Shown in pieces: positions 24,536 to 37,711 of a DNA stretch of 51,904 bases. Origin of the DNA: Octopus sinensis (Eukaryota); the NCBI RefSeq assembly GCF_006345805.1, contig NW_021834550.1, forward strand, positions 1 to 51,904, in the 5' to 3' direction. Every line of letters starts with the position of its first letter. The stretch's first letter is position 1. Below the pieces are notes generated by a model. That model ran no database searches, was not told the origin of the DNA, and saw nothing but the letters and a program-made list of their open reading frames with translations. The position numbers were made by a program, and so were the translations under genes.

Positions 24536-25107
24536 TTGGATTGTCCGGAAAGTTCGTACCGATTTATAGTAGCTTACCTCTCGATTTATTTTAGAACATG
24601 GTTGATTCCATAAAATAGGATTTGACTACATGTCCATTTAGAGCACAGTTTAAGCTATCTTTTCGTGGAAGAGGGTTTATGTTCCTATAACCTGTGTTAA
24701 TTCTGTAGCCCTTTAAAATGGAAGATAAGAAAGTTCCTTTTCGGCACTTGATGATTTGGGAACCAGACAAAAATTGCCGCAGCTCGGCTGGGATGTGTTA
24801 CCCCCACCCTCCATATTCACCAGATATTGATATTGCTCCTTCGGATTTCCATTTATTCAGGTCTCTGCAGAATAGTCTAAATGGTAAAAATTTCAATTCC
24901 TTGGATGACGTAAAAAGATACCTTGATGAATTCTTTGCCATGAAACCACCTCAATTCTGGGAAGAGGGTATTTTCAAGTTAAAGGAAAGATGGAGACGCA
25001 TTGTGCAACAAAATGGTTTATATTTGGTTGATTAAAAATGTAATGGCAAGTATTTATTGACCTTTTCTTTCCTTTAAAAATCGGCACGAACTTTCCCGAC
25101 AAGCCAA
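24536..25107 (+). mobile_element. Internally deleted mariner element with both TIRs and TA target duplication
   Basis: TA|TTGGATTGTCCGGAAAGTTCGTACCGATTT ... AAATCGGCACGAACTTTCCCGACAAGCCAA|TA. It encodes MEDKKVPFRHLMIWE fused to HPPYSPD..APSDFHLFRSLQNSL...WEEGIFKLKERWRRIVQQNGLYLVD. Confidence 0.92.
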
Positions 25108-25282
25108 TATAATGCGGAAAGGAAGATTTTGTTTGGAAGAGAGGTAATTCTCTCTATAAAATTTACTGATAGGCAGAAATGAGTGGCGAGAGTGGCCCGA
25201 GTGAGCGAACCTACTCTAAGTAATACACTCGTAAGTTGAACAACATAGTTCAGAAGGGTACTTGTTTTTGGTAGCAAACATT

Positions 25283-25630
25283 ACCTTGCATCTGTGTGGT
25301 TCTTTGATTGGCCTCATTTGGCTTTCCTCCATTTCGTATCGTTCATTATCTTTGCATAGTCGTTTTTGATGTTCTGGGTTGCAGTGCCAAATACACAGGT
25401 ATAATTGCCGTCGAAGTCTTCCACTATGTCTCTGGTTAGGTTCATATGTTTCTTATTTCCATTTTCAATTTCTTTGGTAAGTTTATGATCTTACACAGTT
25501 TATTTTGTCCTCTATGATCATAACTGATCTTGTTTCAATAGTATGGTCAACCTTCATGTAGAAATCCCATATAATCCTCTAATTCTTATGCTTTATGAAA
25601 GCCTCTGGCTCGTCTTCATACCAATTCTTG
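25283..25630 (-). mobile_element. Decayed R4/Dong-like (restriction-like endonuclease) retrotransposon fragment
   Basis: The minus strand translates to KNWYEDEPEAFIKHKN*RIIWDFYMKVDHTIETR..., matching the WYEH.P....N...I.WDF....DH.I..R RLE motif. Confidence 0.65.
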
Positions 25631-25638
25631 TTGTTATT

Positions 25639-26185
25639 GAGTGAGAGAGCAGCACACGTCTTCAAAGTGGCACTGGGGTACAAATATACGAAACCCAATA
25701 TATCCATCTTGACTACCCATCTGATAAGAGTACACCAGGCTCATGTATCACAACCATATGTGCACGACATGGTGATCTCATGTCAAGATAAACAGCACAT
25801 GGCCTTGCAAATGGGGCCCAATTACAATTTTGTTTCAGATCGAGTAGCCCATCTTACTTAAAATGCCCTTGAATAAAGGTTGCTTAAGTATGTTCAACGA
25901 AACACCAATGTTTCCGGAGGTGAATTATTCAAACCCCAAAGAATCCCTCTCAACAGATGGCTATGATGCTCCCCCACTACTTCTGCTCGTGATCAGAGAT
26001 GTACATGTTGTCAGACACCAAAGATCATGCTCAATTGGTTAAGGTAAAACAACTGACTAGCAAACCTGTAGTATTGAGTGAATATTTGCTGTAACCCATC
26101 TTTTATACCAATACAAAACAATGTACATGATAACACTTCCAATAAGTTAAGATCAGAAGCCTGGAGAGCCATTGCCAGAGACTAC
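25639..26185 (-). mobile_element. ~540-bp (TAA)n-associated element, copy 2
   Basis: Homologous to 15704-16244 and more diverged. Confidence 0.85.
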
Positions 26186-26201
26186 ATTATAATTATTATT
26201 A

Positions 26202-26243
<42 letters not shown>

Positions 26244-26253
26244 TATTATTATG

Positions 26254-26785
26254 GAGTGAGAGAGCAGTGCATGTCAGTGAAGTGACACTGGGGTACAACT
26301 ATATGAAGCCCAGTATACCAATCATAACTACCCATCTGATAAGGGTACACCAGGCACATGCATCACAACCATATGTCCGCGACATGGTGATCTCATATCA
26401 AGATAAATAGCGCATGACCTTGCAGGTGAGGTCCAGTTACAATTTTTTTCAGGTTGAGTAGCCCATCCCGCTCAAAAGATCCCTGAATAAGGGTTGTTTA
26501 AGGAAGTTGAACGAAACACCCATGTTTCCGGAGGTGAATTATTCAAACCCCAAAAAATCCCTCTCAACACATGGCTATGATGCTCCCTCCATTACTTCTG
26601 CTCGTGATCAGAGATGCACATATCGTCAGCTACTAAGGGTCATGCTCAGCTGGTTAAGGTCAAGCAACTGACATGCAAATCTGTGGTATTGAGCAGAATA
26701 TTTGCTGTAGCCCATCTTTTATACCAAGAAAAAACAATGTACATGATAACACTTCCAATCACTTAAAATCAGAAGCCATGAGAGT
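26254..26785 (-). mobile_element. ~540-bp (TAA)n-associated element, copy 3 (tandem with copy 2, (ATT)n spacer)
   Basis: Homologous to 15704-16244. Confidence 0.85.
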
Positions 26786-26789
26786 CAAT

Positions 26790-27006
26790 CGTTAGCACGT
26801 TAGGATCATATGCTTAGCGGTATTTCATCCGTCTTTACGTTCTGAGTTCAAATTCCGTCGAGGACGACTCTGCTTTTCATCCTTTCAAGGTTGATAGAAT
26901 AAGTACCAGCTGAGTACTGGGGCGGTCGATGTAGTAGACTTACCAACTGCTTTGGAACTGTTTGCCTTATGTCAAAATTTGAAATAATAATGATAATAAT
27001 AATAAC

Positions 27007-27076
<70 letters not shown>

Positions 27077-27294
27077 TAATAATCCTTTCTATTATTCCTG
27101 AAATTTTTTTGCGGGGTATGGAGATAGTCAATTACATCGACTCCAGTGTTTCACTGGTACTTAATTTATCGATCCCGAAAGGATGAAAGCCAAAGAGTCG
27201 ACCTCGGCGGAATTTGAACTCAGAACATAAAGACACTAAACATTACCACTAAACATTTCGCCCGGCGTACTAACGATTCTGCCAGCTCAGCGCC

Positions 27295-27295
<1 letters not shown>
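26790..27295. mobile_element. Two Meta-like SINEs tail-to-tail around an (AAT)n tract
   Basis: Plus-strand copy at ~26790-26985, (AAT)n at 26985-27083, minus-strand copy at ~27085-27295. Confidence 0.7.
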
Positions 27296-27296
<1 letters not shown>

Positions 27297-27389
<93 letters not shown>

Positions 27390-27408
27390 GATGATAATAA
27401 TAATAATG

Positions 27409-27481
<73 letters not shown>

Positions 27482-27499
27482 TAATAATGATAATTTGTT

Positions 27500-27545
<46 letters not shown>

Positions 27546-27560
27546 CATTATTATTATTTA
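27297..27560. repeat. (AAT)n followed by (ATT)n microsatellite
   Basis: Direct reading; polarity switches near 27497. Confidence 0.95.
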
Positions 27561-28213
27561 TGTTTGCATACTCCATATAAAACCCCCAAGCGTTTTTGAA
27601 ATTTGCCCTTATAATGCGCTCCATACGTCGCCCTTGCGGCCATAAAAGAAATTCTTGTTGCGTTGTTGTTATTAAGACAGGGACGATGAAAAGAAAGAAT
27701 ATGAAAGAGATAGGAGATTATAGGTATGAAAACAAGTAAATATGTTGAGAAAATAAAGAATGTGAAGCAGAGAGGAAGACATATATAGGGAAGATTTAAT
27801 TAAGAAAACAACGTCGTTATTGGTATTTTTCAATTGAAACGACTGAAACAACAACAACAATAATATTAACAACAACAACAACAGAAGTAATTTAATAAAG
27901 AAACTAAGATGGACTGAAAGAAAGTCAGAAACGAAAGGATGGAAGTTAGAAAATATGAAGCAGGCGTCGGGAAAATTAGTTTTCAATATTAGCTGTAAGA
28001 TCTTTTAGCCGCGAACTAGCTGTATATCCCATAGCTACTTATAATCTACGACTCAGCCGCCATCTTGCCAGCTGACGATCTTTTGGCCACCCGCAACTGT
28101 GGCAGCTGCTGTAACGTTTGAAGGGAAATATTTGTTAAAATCTTTTGGGAACAAAACTCGTATGAAGCCAGGCTCATCACCCGTGCACACGTTTTACTCG
28201 ATCTAGCCATAAT

Positions 28214-28214
<1 letters not shown>

Positions 28215-28292
<78 letters not shown>

Positions 28293-28333
28293 GTCTGTCT
28301 GTCTGTCTGTTGTCTGTCAGTCTGCCTGTCTGT

Positions 28334-28413
<80 letters not shown>

Positions 28414-28590
28414 ATTCTTGTCTGTCTGCCTGTCTGTCTCTCTCTATCAGTCTGTCTGTCTGTCTATCTATCTTCCTGTCTCTCTCTTTCTTTCTCTCTC
28501 TCTCTATCTATGTATCTATGTATGCATGTATGTATGTATGTATGTATGTATGTATGTATGTATGTATGTATGTATGTATGTATGTGTGTA

Positions 28591-28640
<50 letters not shown>
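28215..28640. repeat. Compound (TCTA)n/(TCTG)n/(CCTG)n/(TATG)n microsatellite
   Basis: Direct reading. Confidence 0.95.
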
Positions 28641-28656
<16 letters not shown>

Positions 28657-28984
28657 ACTTTTCTGTCTAGCTAATACAATTAATTATACCTTTATAGTCG
28701 GCTTTCACATCTTTGAATTATTAGATTTCCTTTGAAATCACTTCATCTCCATCAAATAATAATTTTATTTATTTTTTACTTTTTGTTTCACTTCCTCTTT
28801 AAATTAGAGGCAAAGTTCCACCGAGCATAATTATCACAGCCTCGATTTCCAGTTATAAGTTCTCATTATTTACATGGCTAATAGGTATGAAAGGTGTACA
28901 AATCACCTTTCTTACTATTTTACAGTTTTTGTAAAATGGTATTTCAGGAGGAGATATTTTCATTATCTAAACTCTCGAGTAATG

Positions 28985-29195
28985 AGCGAAGGAGTTACGA
29001 TCGCAAATGCAAACGGCCGAAATGGGGTTTCCTCTGTAGGGTCTCTGAGGTGATGTTTACTCGACAGATTGCGTAGCTCAGCACTCAGGGAGTCTCTCCA
29101 GATCTAGCCGCTACTTTTCCGCGTTGAGAGGTCACAGCTCCGGTACTATGGACATTTGATTAAAATGTCACAGAAAAATATCGCAAGACGGACTC
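28985..29195 (+). mobile_element. Decayed RTE-clade LINE fragment (post-RT region)
   Basis: Frameshifted translation RSQMQTAEMGFLCRVSEVM(L)LDRLRSSALRESLQI*PLLFRVERSQLRYYGHLIKMSQKNIARR matches the AEM.FLR...LD..R...IRE.L....L...ER.QLRW.GH..RM pattern. Confidence 0.7.
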
Positions 29196-29226
29196 TTTAA
29201 GAACCCAAAAACTCAAGGATTATGTA

Positions 29227-29257
<31 letters not shown>

Positions 29258-31877
29258 TGTGTGTGTGTGTGTGTGTGTATCACAGAGCTTCTGCTGACAG
29301 TGTACAAGGGTGGGCGAAGCAGTTTCACCCCGTCGTTTGATCTTCCTAGCAATGGACGATCTTCCGCTCGAGCAAGTGTCCAGTTAACAGACAGCGTTGT
29401 GTTTGCACGCATGCTTATGAACGTATGGTTGGGTTATATCTATAGTCTCGGTTAGTCACACTTGAGAATCTATCCAGAAAGTCTAATGACGGTTGCTTCT
29501 GCCAGGACGCCACGAGGGAGATGCCTGAGGGTTCCTACACCCTCGAAACTCCCAGGAATAATGGGCGAGAAAATAGATGGATAGATAAACTGGAACAGAT
29601 GCTCCTATACATTTCTTGGACATGGAAAGTGAAAGGGTTATTTGGTGATTGTAGAGAATTTAGAGTCTCTTCTAGCTTTCATCAGCAATTATATTTCTTA
29701 TGTTTATCATTAGAGAATTGAAACCGTGTTTGTTTCTATTAACAGCTAAAACGTTCACGTGTCACATGTTTACATACGACAACATATAATCAATCTGATA
29801 GAAGACAAGAATGAAATATACTGTGTGTGGAACAAAACGCTTTGTAGTATGTGGCATCCTTTTCAGGATCATTTATTAAGTATGATCGGTATCTGATGAC
29901 GCTGTTGAGCAAATGAATTGCTGATGCACGTTGATATCTACTAAACATGGGGTTCACGCAAAACGGCGGGAATTCAAGCAATACATTATCTATTGATTCT
30001 CAATGGATTCTGGTAGATTCGATCATCATTGTTTTCGTCACCGGAGAACACCTCTGTTTAGACGGTATGTGTTCATAACACGCGATTCACTGGTCTTAAG
30101 GGACTGTGAGACAACACCGTTTCGACGTTATTATGTATGTCCTCAGTCAAAGCTATTCCGCATCGATGAATCTAACAAGACTACAGTCTCTTCTTTTATT
30201 CCATATTTCTTAATATAACTTCATTTTTACTGACAGCTGTTATAGTGTGTTGTAGCCTGTACGAATTTTCAGTTTTACGCGTAATAGTGACGTGACTTTT
30301 CTGCTTCGTTCTTTGTTTTGCTTTTTTTTTTCAATTAAAAAATGTCAGTTTATCACAGTAACCTAATGAAATACTCATCGCTTACGCAGTTCTTTGAAAT
30401 GGAGTGTCTTGTAACCATCCCAAGGGTACCAAATCACAGCCACATTCACTGGGCTGTTGCGAAGTCAAGGATCTTTGCTAGAAAGACATCACGCGGTGCA
30501 GAAAAGACGCTACAATTTCCGGAAATAAGCAAGATCTCTTGCCCCCTCTCTGTCTCTACACCTCTCTGATAAACTGAAAATATTGACGTATTCTCTAAGG
30601 GATCACCACTAACCTTCTGTTTTTATGTTTAATATTCTACTTTGTTTTTTTTTTATTTAATCCCGGGTCAAGGAGGTGACATGAGAGGATCACCAGAGCG
30701 TCAAAAATAAAAAAAAAGTGACTTGCAATATTTCTCCTCTCTCTTAACGTTCTGGGTTGGAATCATATTGAAGTCAACTTTACTTTTCATCCCTTTAGGG
30801 TCGATATAATAAAGTAGCTGTCTAGGACTAGAATCGGCGTATTCGACTTGCCTCTCTCATCTAAATTGCAGGCCTTGTGCCAAGATTAGAATGATTTAAT
30901 ACCAGTCAAGGCGGGCATCCGGAAGAATCACTAGAGTGATGTAAATGTGCCATTTGGCATGATTTGGTTCTTTACGTTCTGAATTCAAATCCTGCCTCGG
31001 TCAACTTTGTCTTTTATAATTTCGAGGTCGATAAAATAAGTATCAGTTGAGCACTGGGGTCGATGTAATCGATTTTTCCCTTCCCCAAAACTGCTGGCCT
31101 TGTGTCAAAATATGAAATAATATTATTTAAATAATTTCGAAGAGGTACAAGAGACGAATCTTGCCTCGTTACTGTATTATTGGAACTACATATTGTACCA
31201 TAGCCTTCTCTGTATTTGTTAAAGGAATTATTAAAAGAATAGTTAACTACAGTATTGAATATGAGTGAGTGCCAAAATTAGAAAGAATTATCTAATCCCA
31301 GGTGAAGACGGTGACCTGGAACGATGAAAATGTGCTTTCTGGTATTTTTCGGCTCTTTACATTAGGAGTTCAAATCTTGATTATGTCGACTTTACATTTC
31401 ATCACTTCAGGGTCGATAAAATGAAGTAACAGTCAAGTACTGTGGTCGACGTCATCAACTGGCCCCCGCCTCTCAAAATTACTAATCTTGTGATTAAATT
31501 AGATACAATTAATTAATATCAGTTCAAATGGGTCTGTTATTGAATCCATTCCTTTTATGACCATCGCAACTTTTCAATGGCATGTAAGTGATATTTCATC
31601 AGGTTACTGTGACAAATTAGATTTACATTTAATCTGTTATCATTTACTCGTCTCAGTCACTGGACTACGACCATGCTAGGGCACCACCTCGAAATGCTAA
31701 AGTGACATGTTCAGGTAGAACATCAATTGTAGGAGCACGCACCTACGTATATGCACGCATTTAACTCAACCACGTGCTGACAAACTCCGGAAATTGTCGT
31801 AAAAATGTGTTGCCCTTTTATTAACTTGAACTCCATCAAAAAATTAGAAAAATCTCAAAGAAAAACATATACGCATA

Positions 31878-32392
31878 TCTATATATATAAAACTGTAGTT
31901 GTGTGAGTGTCTGTCTCCTACGATTTAGATTCCTAACTTCTCCCACATTTTGCGGTGCAGTTTAACCAAATTCGGGTATCTTATAGTCGTGATTAATATC
32001 GAGCCTGTCTGGCTATTAGCGCGAGTCAACGATGAGTCTACGATTTTAAAAATAATTTAACATCATTTTTTATTCCATTTTAATGCATAATTTTTCGTGT
32101 GTCGATGGCGGCGGAGTTGGCGTCCATGGTCACACCTGCACCTGTGTTTGCTTCTCCCCCTTCTTCCCTCCCTCGTGAAGCTGTGGGGAAGGGAGTTTAA
32201 GGAAATCAACGTCGTAATGCGTTGTCAAGGAGACCAGCGTTCTTTTAGAACAACGACTTCATGGCTTGAAGACACCAAAACAGAAATGGCTAAGAAAGCC
32301 CGAATTGGCATCTATAAGGGAAGTAACTCTCTAAAAATGCTTATATAGTTATCTCCCTTACAAACCCGAGCAACGCCGGGCGATACTGCTAG
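31878..32392 (+). mobile_element. Non-autonomous Helitron
   Basis: Starts A|TCTATATATATAAAACTG and ends with the hairpin CCCGAGCAACGCCGGG (32365-32380) then CTAG|T. That gives 5' TC, 3' hairpin-CTAG and an A/T insertion site. Confidence 0.8.
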
Positions 32393-32544
32393 TATTCCTA
32401 TATAGAAGTATTAAAAATATTGGAAGGCACTATCATGAGGTGGCACAAAGGCTCAGAAACATAAACTTAGTAATACTGGAGACGGCTCGGTCATGATATC
32501 TTTCAGTTTTAAGACGACATGCATGAGAATGTTCTCTTCTATTC

Positions 32545-33667
32545 TAGACACAAGACCCGAAATTTTGGGGGAGGAGGCCAGTCGATGAGATTGATCCCAG
32601 TATGCAACTAGTACTTAACTGATTGGCCTCAAAAGGACGAAAGGCAAAGTCGACATCGGCGGAGTTTGAACTCATAACGTAAAGACAGACGGAATACCTA
32701 TTTCTTTACTACCCACAAGGGGCTAAACATAGAGAGGACAAACAAGGACAGACATAGGGATTAAGTCGATTATATCGACCCCAGTGCGTAACTGGTCCTT
32801 AATTTATCGACCCCGAAAGGATGAAAGACAAAGTCGACCTCGGCGGAATTTGAACTCAGAACGTAGCGGCAGACGGAATACCTATTTCTTCACTACCCAC
32901 AAGGGGCTAAACATAGAGAGGACAAACAAGGACAGACATAGGGATTAAGTCAATTATATCGACTCCAGAGCGTAACTGGTCCTTAATTTATCGACCCCGA
33001 AAGGATGAAAGACAAAGTCGACCTCGGCGGAATTTGAACTCAGAACGTAGCGGCAGACGAAATACCTACTTTTTTACTACCCACAAGGGGTTAAACCCAG
33101 AGAGTACAAACAAGGACAGACAAACGGATTAAGTCGATTATATCGACCACAGTGCGTAACTGGTACTTATTTAGTCGACCCCGAAAGGATGTAAGGCAAA
33201 GTCGACATCGGCGGAGTTTGAACTCATAACGTAAAGACAGACGGAATGCCTATTTCTTTACTACCCACAAGGGGCTAAACATAGAGAGGACAAACAAGGA
33301 CAGACATAGGGATTAAGTCGATTATATCGACCCCAGTGCGTAACTGGTCCTTAATTTATCGACCCCGAAAGGATGAAAGACAAAGTCGACCTCGGCGGAA
33401 TTTGAACTCAGAACGTAGCGGCAGACGAAATACCTACTTCTTTACTGCCCACAAGGGGCTAAACCCAGAGAGGACAAACAAGGACAGAAAAACGGATTAA
33501 GTCGATTATATCGACCCCAGTGCGTAACTGGTACTTATTTAATCGACCCCGAAAGGATGAAAGGCAAAGTCGACCTCGGCGGAATTTGAACTCAGAACGT
33601 AGCGACAGACGAAATACCGCTAAGCATTTCTCCCGGCGTGCTAACGATACTGCCAGCCCACCGCCGT
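32545..33667 (-). mobile_element. Meta-like SINE head plus ~6 tandem 184-bp units
   Basis: Unit starts at 32701, 32885, 33069, 33253 and 33437 (exact 184-bp period). The single head is at 33612-33667. Confidence 0.92.
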
Positions 33668-34201
33668 TAGGCGAGAGAATGTTCTGAGTAACATAACAGT
33701 ACTATAATGACCTGTACTCACAACGTTCAGGATACAAGCTGGACCTCCTGTCTAGCTGGCCTCAATAAGTTTGCTCATCAAAGTTTGCCAAACAGAAAGT
33801 TAAACAAACAGACATTAGTCATGTATGGCGGTAGAGGTCTTTGGCGTTTCGAGGAAGAGGCACCCGGCCGTGAACGCAACACCTGCTACACTGTAAGAAA
33901 TACTTCTATTTGTGAATTATAAATGTGCATATGTATGTTTATGGATGTGTGTGACCGTTTGTATAACAACATATAAGTTATGTATGAAAGTATGTACATA
34001 TAATGTATGTATGTATGTATATATATGATATACATACACACGCACTTAGATACTTACACATACACTAATACACGTATAAACTTACCAAAAGGCCGGTTTA
34101 TATTATAAATTTATTTTATAATACACTGACAAAGAGCACGGGAAACGAAAAAGAGAGAGATTCGAAAAGAAATTGTAAACTTTATTTTCATTTTATATAT
34201 A

Positions 34202-34361
34202 TAGGCGCAGGAGTGGCTGTGTGGTAAGCTTACTTACCAACAACATGGTTCCGGGTTCAGTTCCACTACGTGGCACCTTTGGCAAGTGTCTTCTAATATA
34301 GTCTCGGACCGACCAAATCCTTGAGAATGGATTTGGTAGACGGAAACTTAAAGAAGCTCGT

Positions 34362-34411
<50 letters not shown>

Positions 34412-34558
34412 CGTCTGCGTTTGACAACCGATGCTGGTGCGTCTACGTTCCTGTAACTTAGTGATTCAGCAAAAGGGACCGATAGAATAAGTACTAGAGT
34501 CGATTTGGTCGACTAAATGCTCCAAATGGCACCAGTTAAATGACTGAAAAGAATGAAT

Positions 34559-34610
<52 letters not shown>

Positions 34611-34768
34611 CGGACTTCTTTCAGTTTCTGTCGACCAAATCCATCCACGAGGCTTTGGTCGGCCCGAGGCAATAGTAGAAGACACCTGCCCAAGGTGCCA
34701 CGCAGTGGGACTGAACCCAGACCGATGTGGCTGATAAGCAAGCTTCTCACCATATAGCCACTCCTGCG
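34202..34768. mobile_element. Two CORE-like SINEs tail-to-tail (34202-34552 +, 34610-34768 -)
   Basis: TAGGCGCAGGAGTGGCTGTGTGGTAAG heads on opposite strands. Confidence 0.8.
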
Positions 34769-35846
34769 ACTTTGCAGAAAGAATTTATATTAATACATGA
34801 CAGCAGAATCAACAAAAATTAATAAGTCAGACAAAACGCTTAGCGGCATTTGTCCCAGCTCTTTATGTTCTGAGTTCAATCACAGTCGAGGTCACATTTA
34901 CCTTTTATCTTTTCGGGGTCGATTAAAATGAATATTCGTTGAGCAGTGGGGTCGATGTAATCGACTTACCCTTTTCCTCTAGTCTGGTGCCAAAGTTTGA
35001 ACCCATTATATATTAATATACGGTTCTCACATATCTTTCTATTTATTCGGAATCTTTGTGTCCCGAAAATTCGGCAATCGTTGATATGTTGGAAATATCG
35101 CTTTATACATATTTATGAAGTGTTCCTTATTGATACACGTTTAACTGGCCTTATACACACTGTACCTATGACATTTATCAAACGGGCTTTTAACAGCGTT
35201 AGATGGGCATAGTCGGGTGAAATTCCTGGCAGTATTTTCTTCGGTTGTTTATGTTCTGAGTTCAAATTTCAACGAAGGGAGCTTTGATTTTTATTCTTTC
35301 GAGGTCGATGGAATAAACTATCAGCAAAGTACTGATCTGGATCTCCGCACACACGCGTACACACACATGCTTACACACGCGCGCGCACACACATGCATAC
35401 ACGTATGTAAGCATATACGACGGGCTTCTTTCAGTTTTCGTCTTCCAAAGAAGACTTTGGAAGGCCAGAAGCTAGAGCAGATGACACTTGCCCGAGGTAA
35501 ATTAGCGGTTCGGCAAAAGAGACCGATAGAATAAGTACTAGGCTTACAAAGAATAAGTCCTGGGGTCGATTTGCTCGACTAAAGGCGGTGCTCCAGCATG
35601 GCAACAGTCAAATGACTGAAACAAGTAAAAGGATAACAAGTATAGCCACACCCGCACCTGAAGGCTAAAGAACAAGAAACTGTGACTGGGAATCTGCTAG
35701 AGGGGAGCAGTGGTCAGATATGGTGTTTTTACACCTTTTACCATAAGAGAGAAGTTTTCATGGTACTGTAGTGAATTTGCCTTTTATAGCTTAAAATGGA
35801 GCGCACATACATATATTTACACACACACACATACACACACACACAT

Positions 35847-35877
<31 letters not shown>

Positions 35878-36134
35878 TACACGCGTGTGTGTGTCTGGAG
35901 TTTTTAAGGTCCAGCCAACATTCAGAATGTGTCTAAGACATGAAAGCGTTTTATTCTTTTATTTGTTTCAGTCATTTGACTGCGGCCATGCTGGAGCACC
36001 GCCTTTAGTCGAAGAAATTGACCCCAGGACTTATTCTTTGTAAGCTTAGTACTTATTCTATGGGTCTGTTTTGCCGAACCGTTAGGTTACGGGGGACATC
36101 AACACATCAACATCAGTTGTCAAGCTGCACACAG

Positions 36135-36665
36135 AGGGGACAAACAAGGACAGACAAAAGGATTAAGTCGATTATATCGACCTCAGTGCGAAACTGGTAC
36201 TTATTTATTTGACTCCGAAAGGATGAAAAGCAAAGTCGACATCGGCAGAATTTGAACTCAGAACGTAGCGGCAGACGAAATACCTATTTCTTTATTACCC
36301 ACAAGGGGCTAAACATAGAGGGGACAAACAAGGACAGACATAGGTATTAAGTCGATTACATCGACTCCAGTGCGTAACTGGTATTCATTTAATCGACCCC
36401 GAAAGGATGAAAAGCAAAGTCGACCTCGGCGGAATTTGAACTCAGACGAAATACCGCTAACGATTCTGCTAGATCGCCGCCGATTAACAAAGTATTATTA
36501 TTTTCTAATTTACTTTTCTACGCAACTGGTACTTAATTTATCAACCCCGAAAGGATGAAAGGCAAAGTCGACCTAGGCGGAATTTGAACTCAGAACATAG
36601 CGGCAGTCGAAACACCGCAAAGCATTTCGCCCGGCGTGCTAACGTTTCTGCCAGCTCGCCGCCTT
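36135..36665 (-). mobile_element. Meta-like SINE array (2-3 units) plus adjacent copy
   Basis: 184-bp unit family in reverse complement; head ends CTCGCCGCCTTAA. Confidence 0.8.
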
Positions 36666-36774
36666 AAAGCGCAAATATATTCATTAGAAAACTGCAGTTC
36701 GTATGACAAAATTATGTACACCTCATTATTGAAGACAGTGATTATTATAGAAATTATCAATAAGCCTTGTACTC

Positions 36775-37155
36775 TCTCTCTTTTACTTGTTTCAGTCATT
36801 TGACTGTGGCATGCTGGAGCACCGCCTTTAGTCGAGCAAATCGACCGCAGGACTTATTCTTTTGTAAGCCCAGTACGTATTCTATCGGGCTTTTTTGCCG
36901 AACCGCTAAGCTACGGGGACGTAAACACACCAGCATCGGTTATCAAGCGATGTTGGGGGGACAAACACAGACACACACACATATATACATATATAGGACG
37001 GGCTTCTTTCAGTTTCCGTCTACCAAATCCACTCACAAGGCTGCGGTCGGCCGGAGGCTCTAGTAGAAGACACTTGCCCAAGGTGCTACGTAGTGGGACT
37101 GAACCCGGAACTATGTGGTTCGTAAGCAAGCTACTTACCACACAGCCACTCCTGT
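36775..37155 (-). mobile_element. CORE-like SINE, full length
   Basis: Head, CORE-like segment, internal (CA/TA)n and family tail. Confidence 0.8.
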
Positions 37156-37711
37156 ATTATTATGTTTTCAAAAATCCTCAGCGCACCAAGATACACGTTG
37201 TAGGACACCTTTTGAGAATCCGATGAATTGAAGTCGCTCAATCAAATTAATAAATAAAACAAGTAATGGTTTGTCACAGTGATGTGAAACACGATTTTGT
37301 AAGGAAAGAGGGAGTTTAGTAGTTTGGATCATTCCCAAATTATGCATGGGACTTGCTCTCTCCAACTGTGAGACATGAAAGGCAAATCCGTATTTTGCAG
37401 GATTTAAACGCAGAAGATATATGGAGCGTGACACAATATTACAGATCTTTTCATCCAAGATGTTGTTTCCGCTACACTACCCACTTCAAATAAATTCAAT
37501 AATATATGAATTATATAAGTTTGGATTTAAAAAAGACGAGAAAGTACTCAATTCATGGAGTAGAGTATAGTTATTCATTCGAACCCAATAGTTAAAAGGT
37601 TTGCATGTGTTGAGAACTTAAAGGAGTACAGTATATGCACACATATACACATGTCGCACTCATAACATGTGCACATTGATTATATATATACACAGGTTCA
37701 TTACATTTCTA

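Noticed and set aside
32545-33667. CRISPR-like or satellite interpretation of the regular repeats
   Set aside because: The units are contiguous 184-bp SINE bodies with no unique spacers, there are no cas genes, and the context is eukaryotic.
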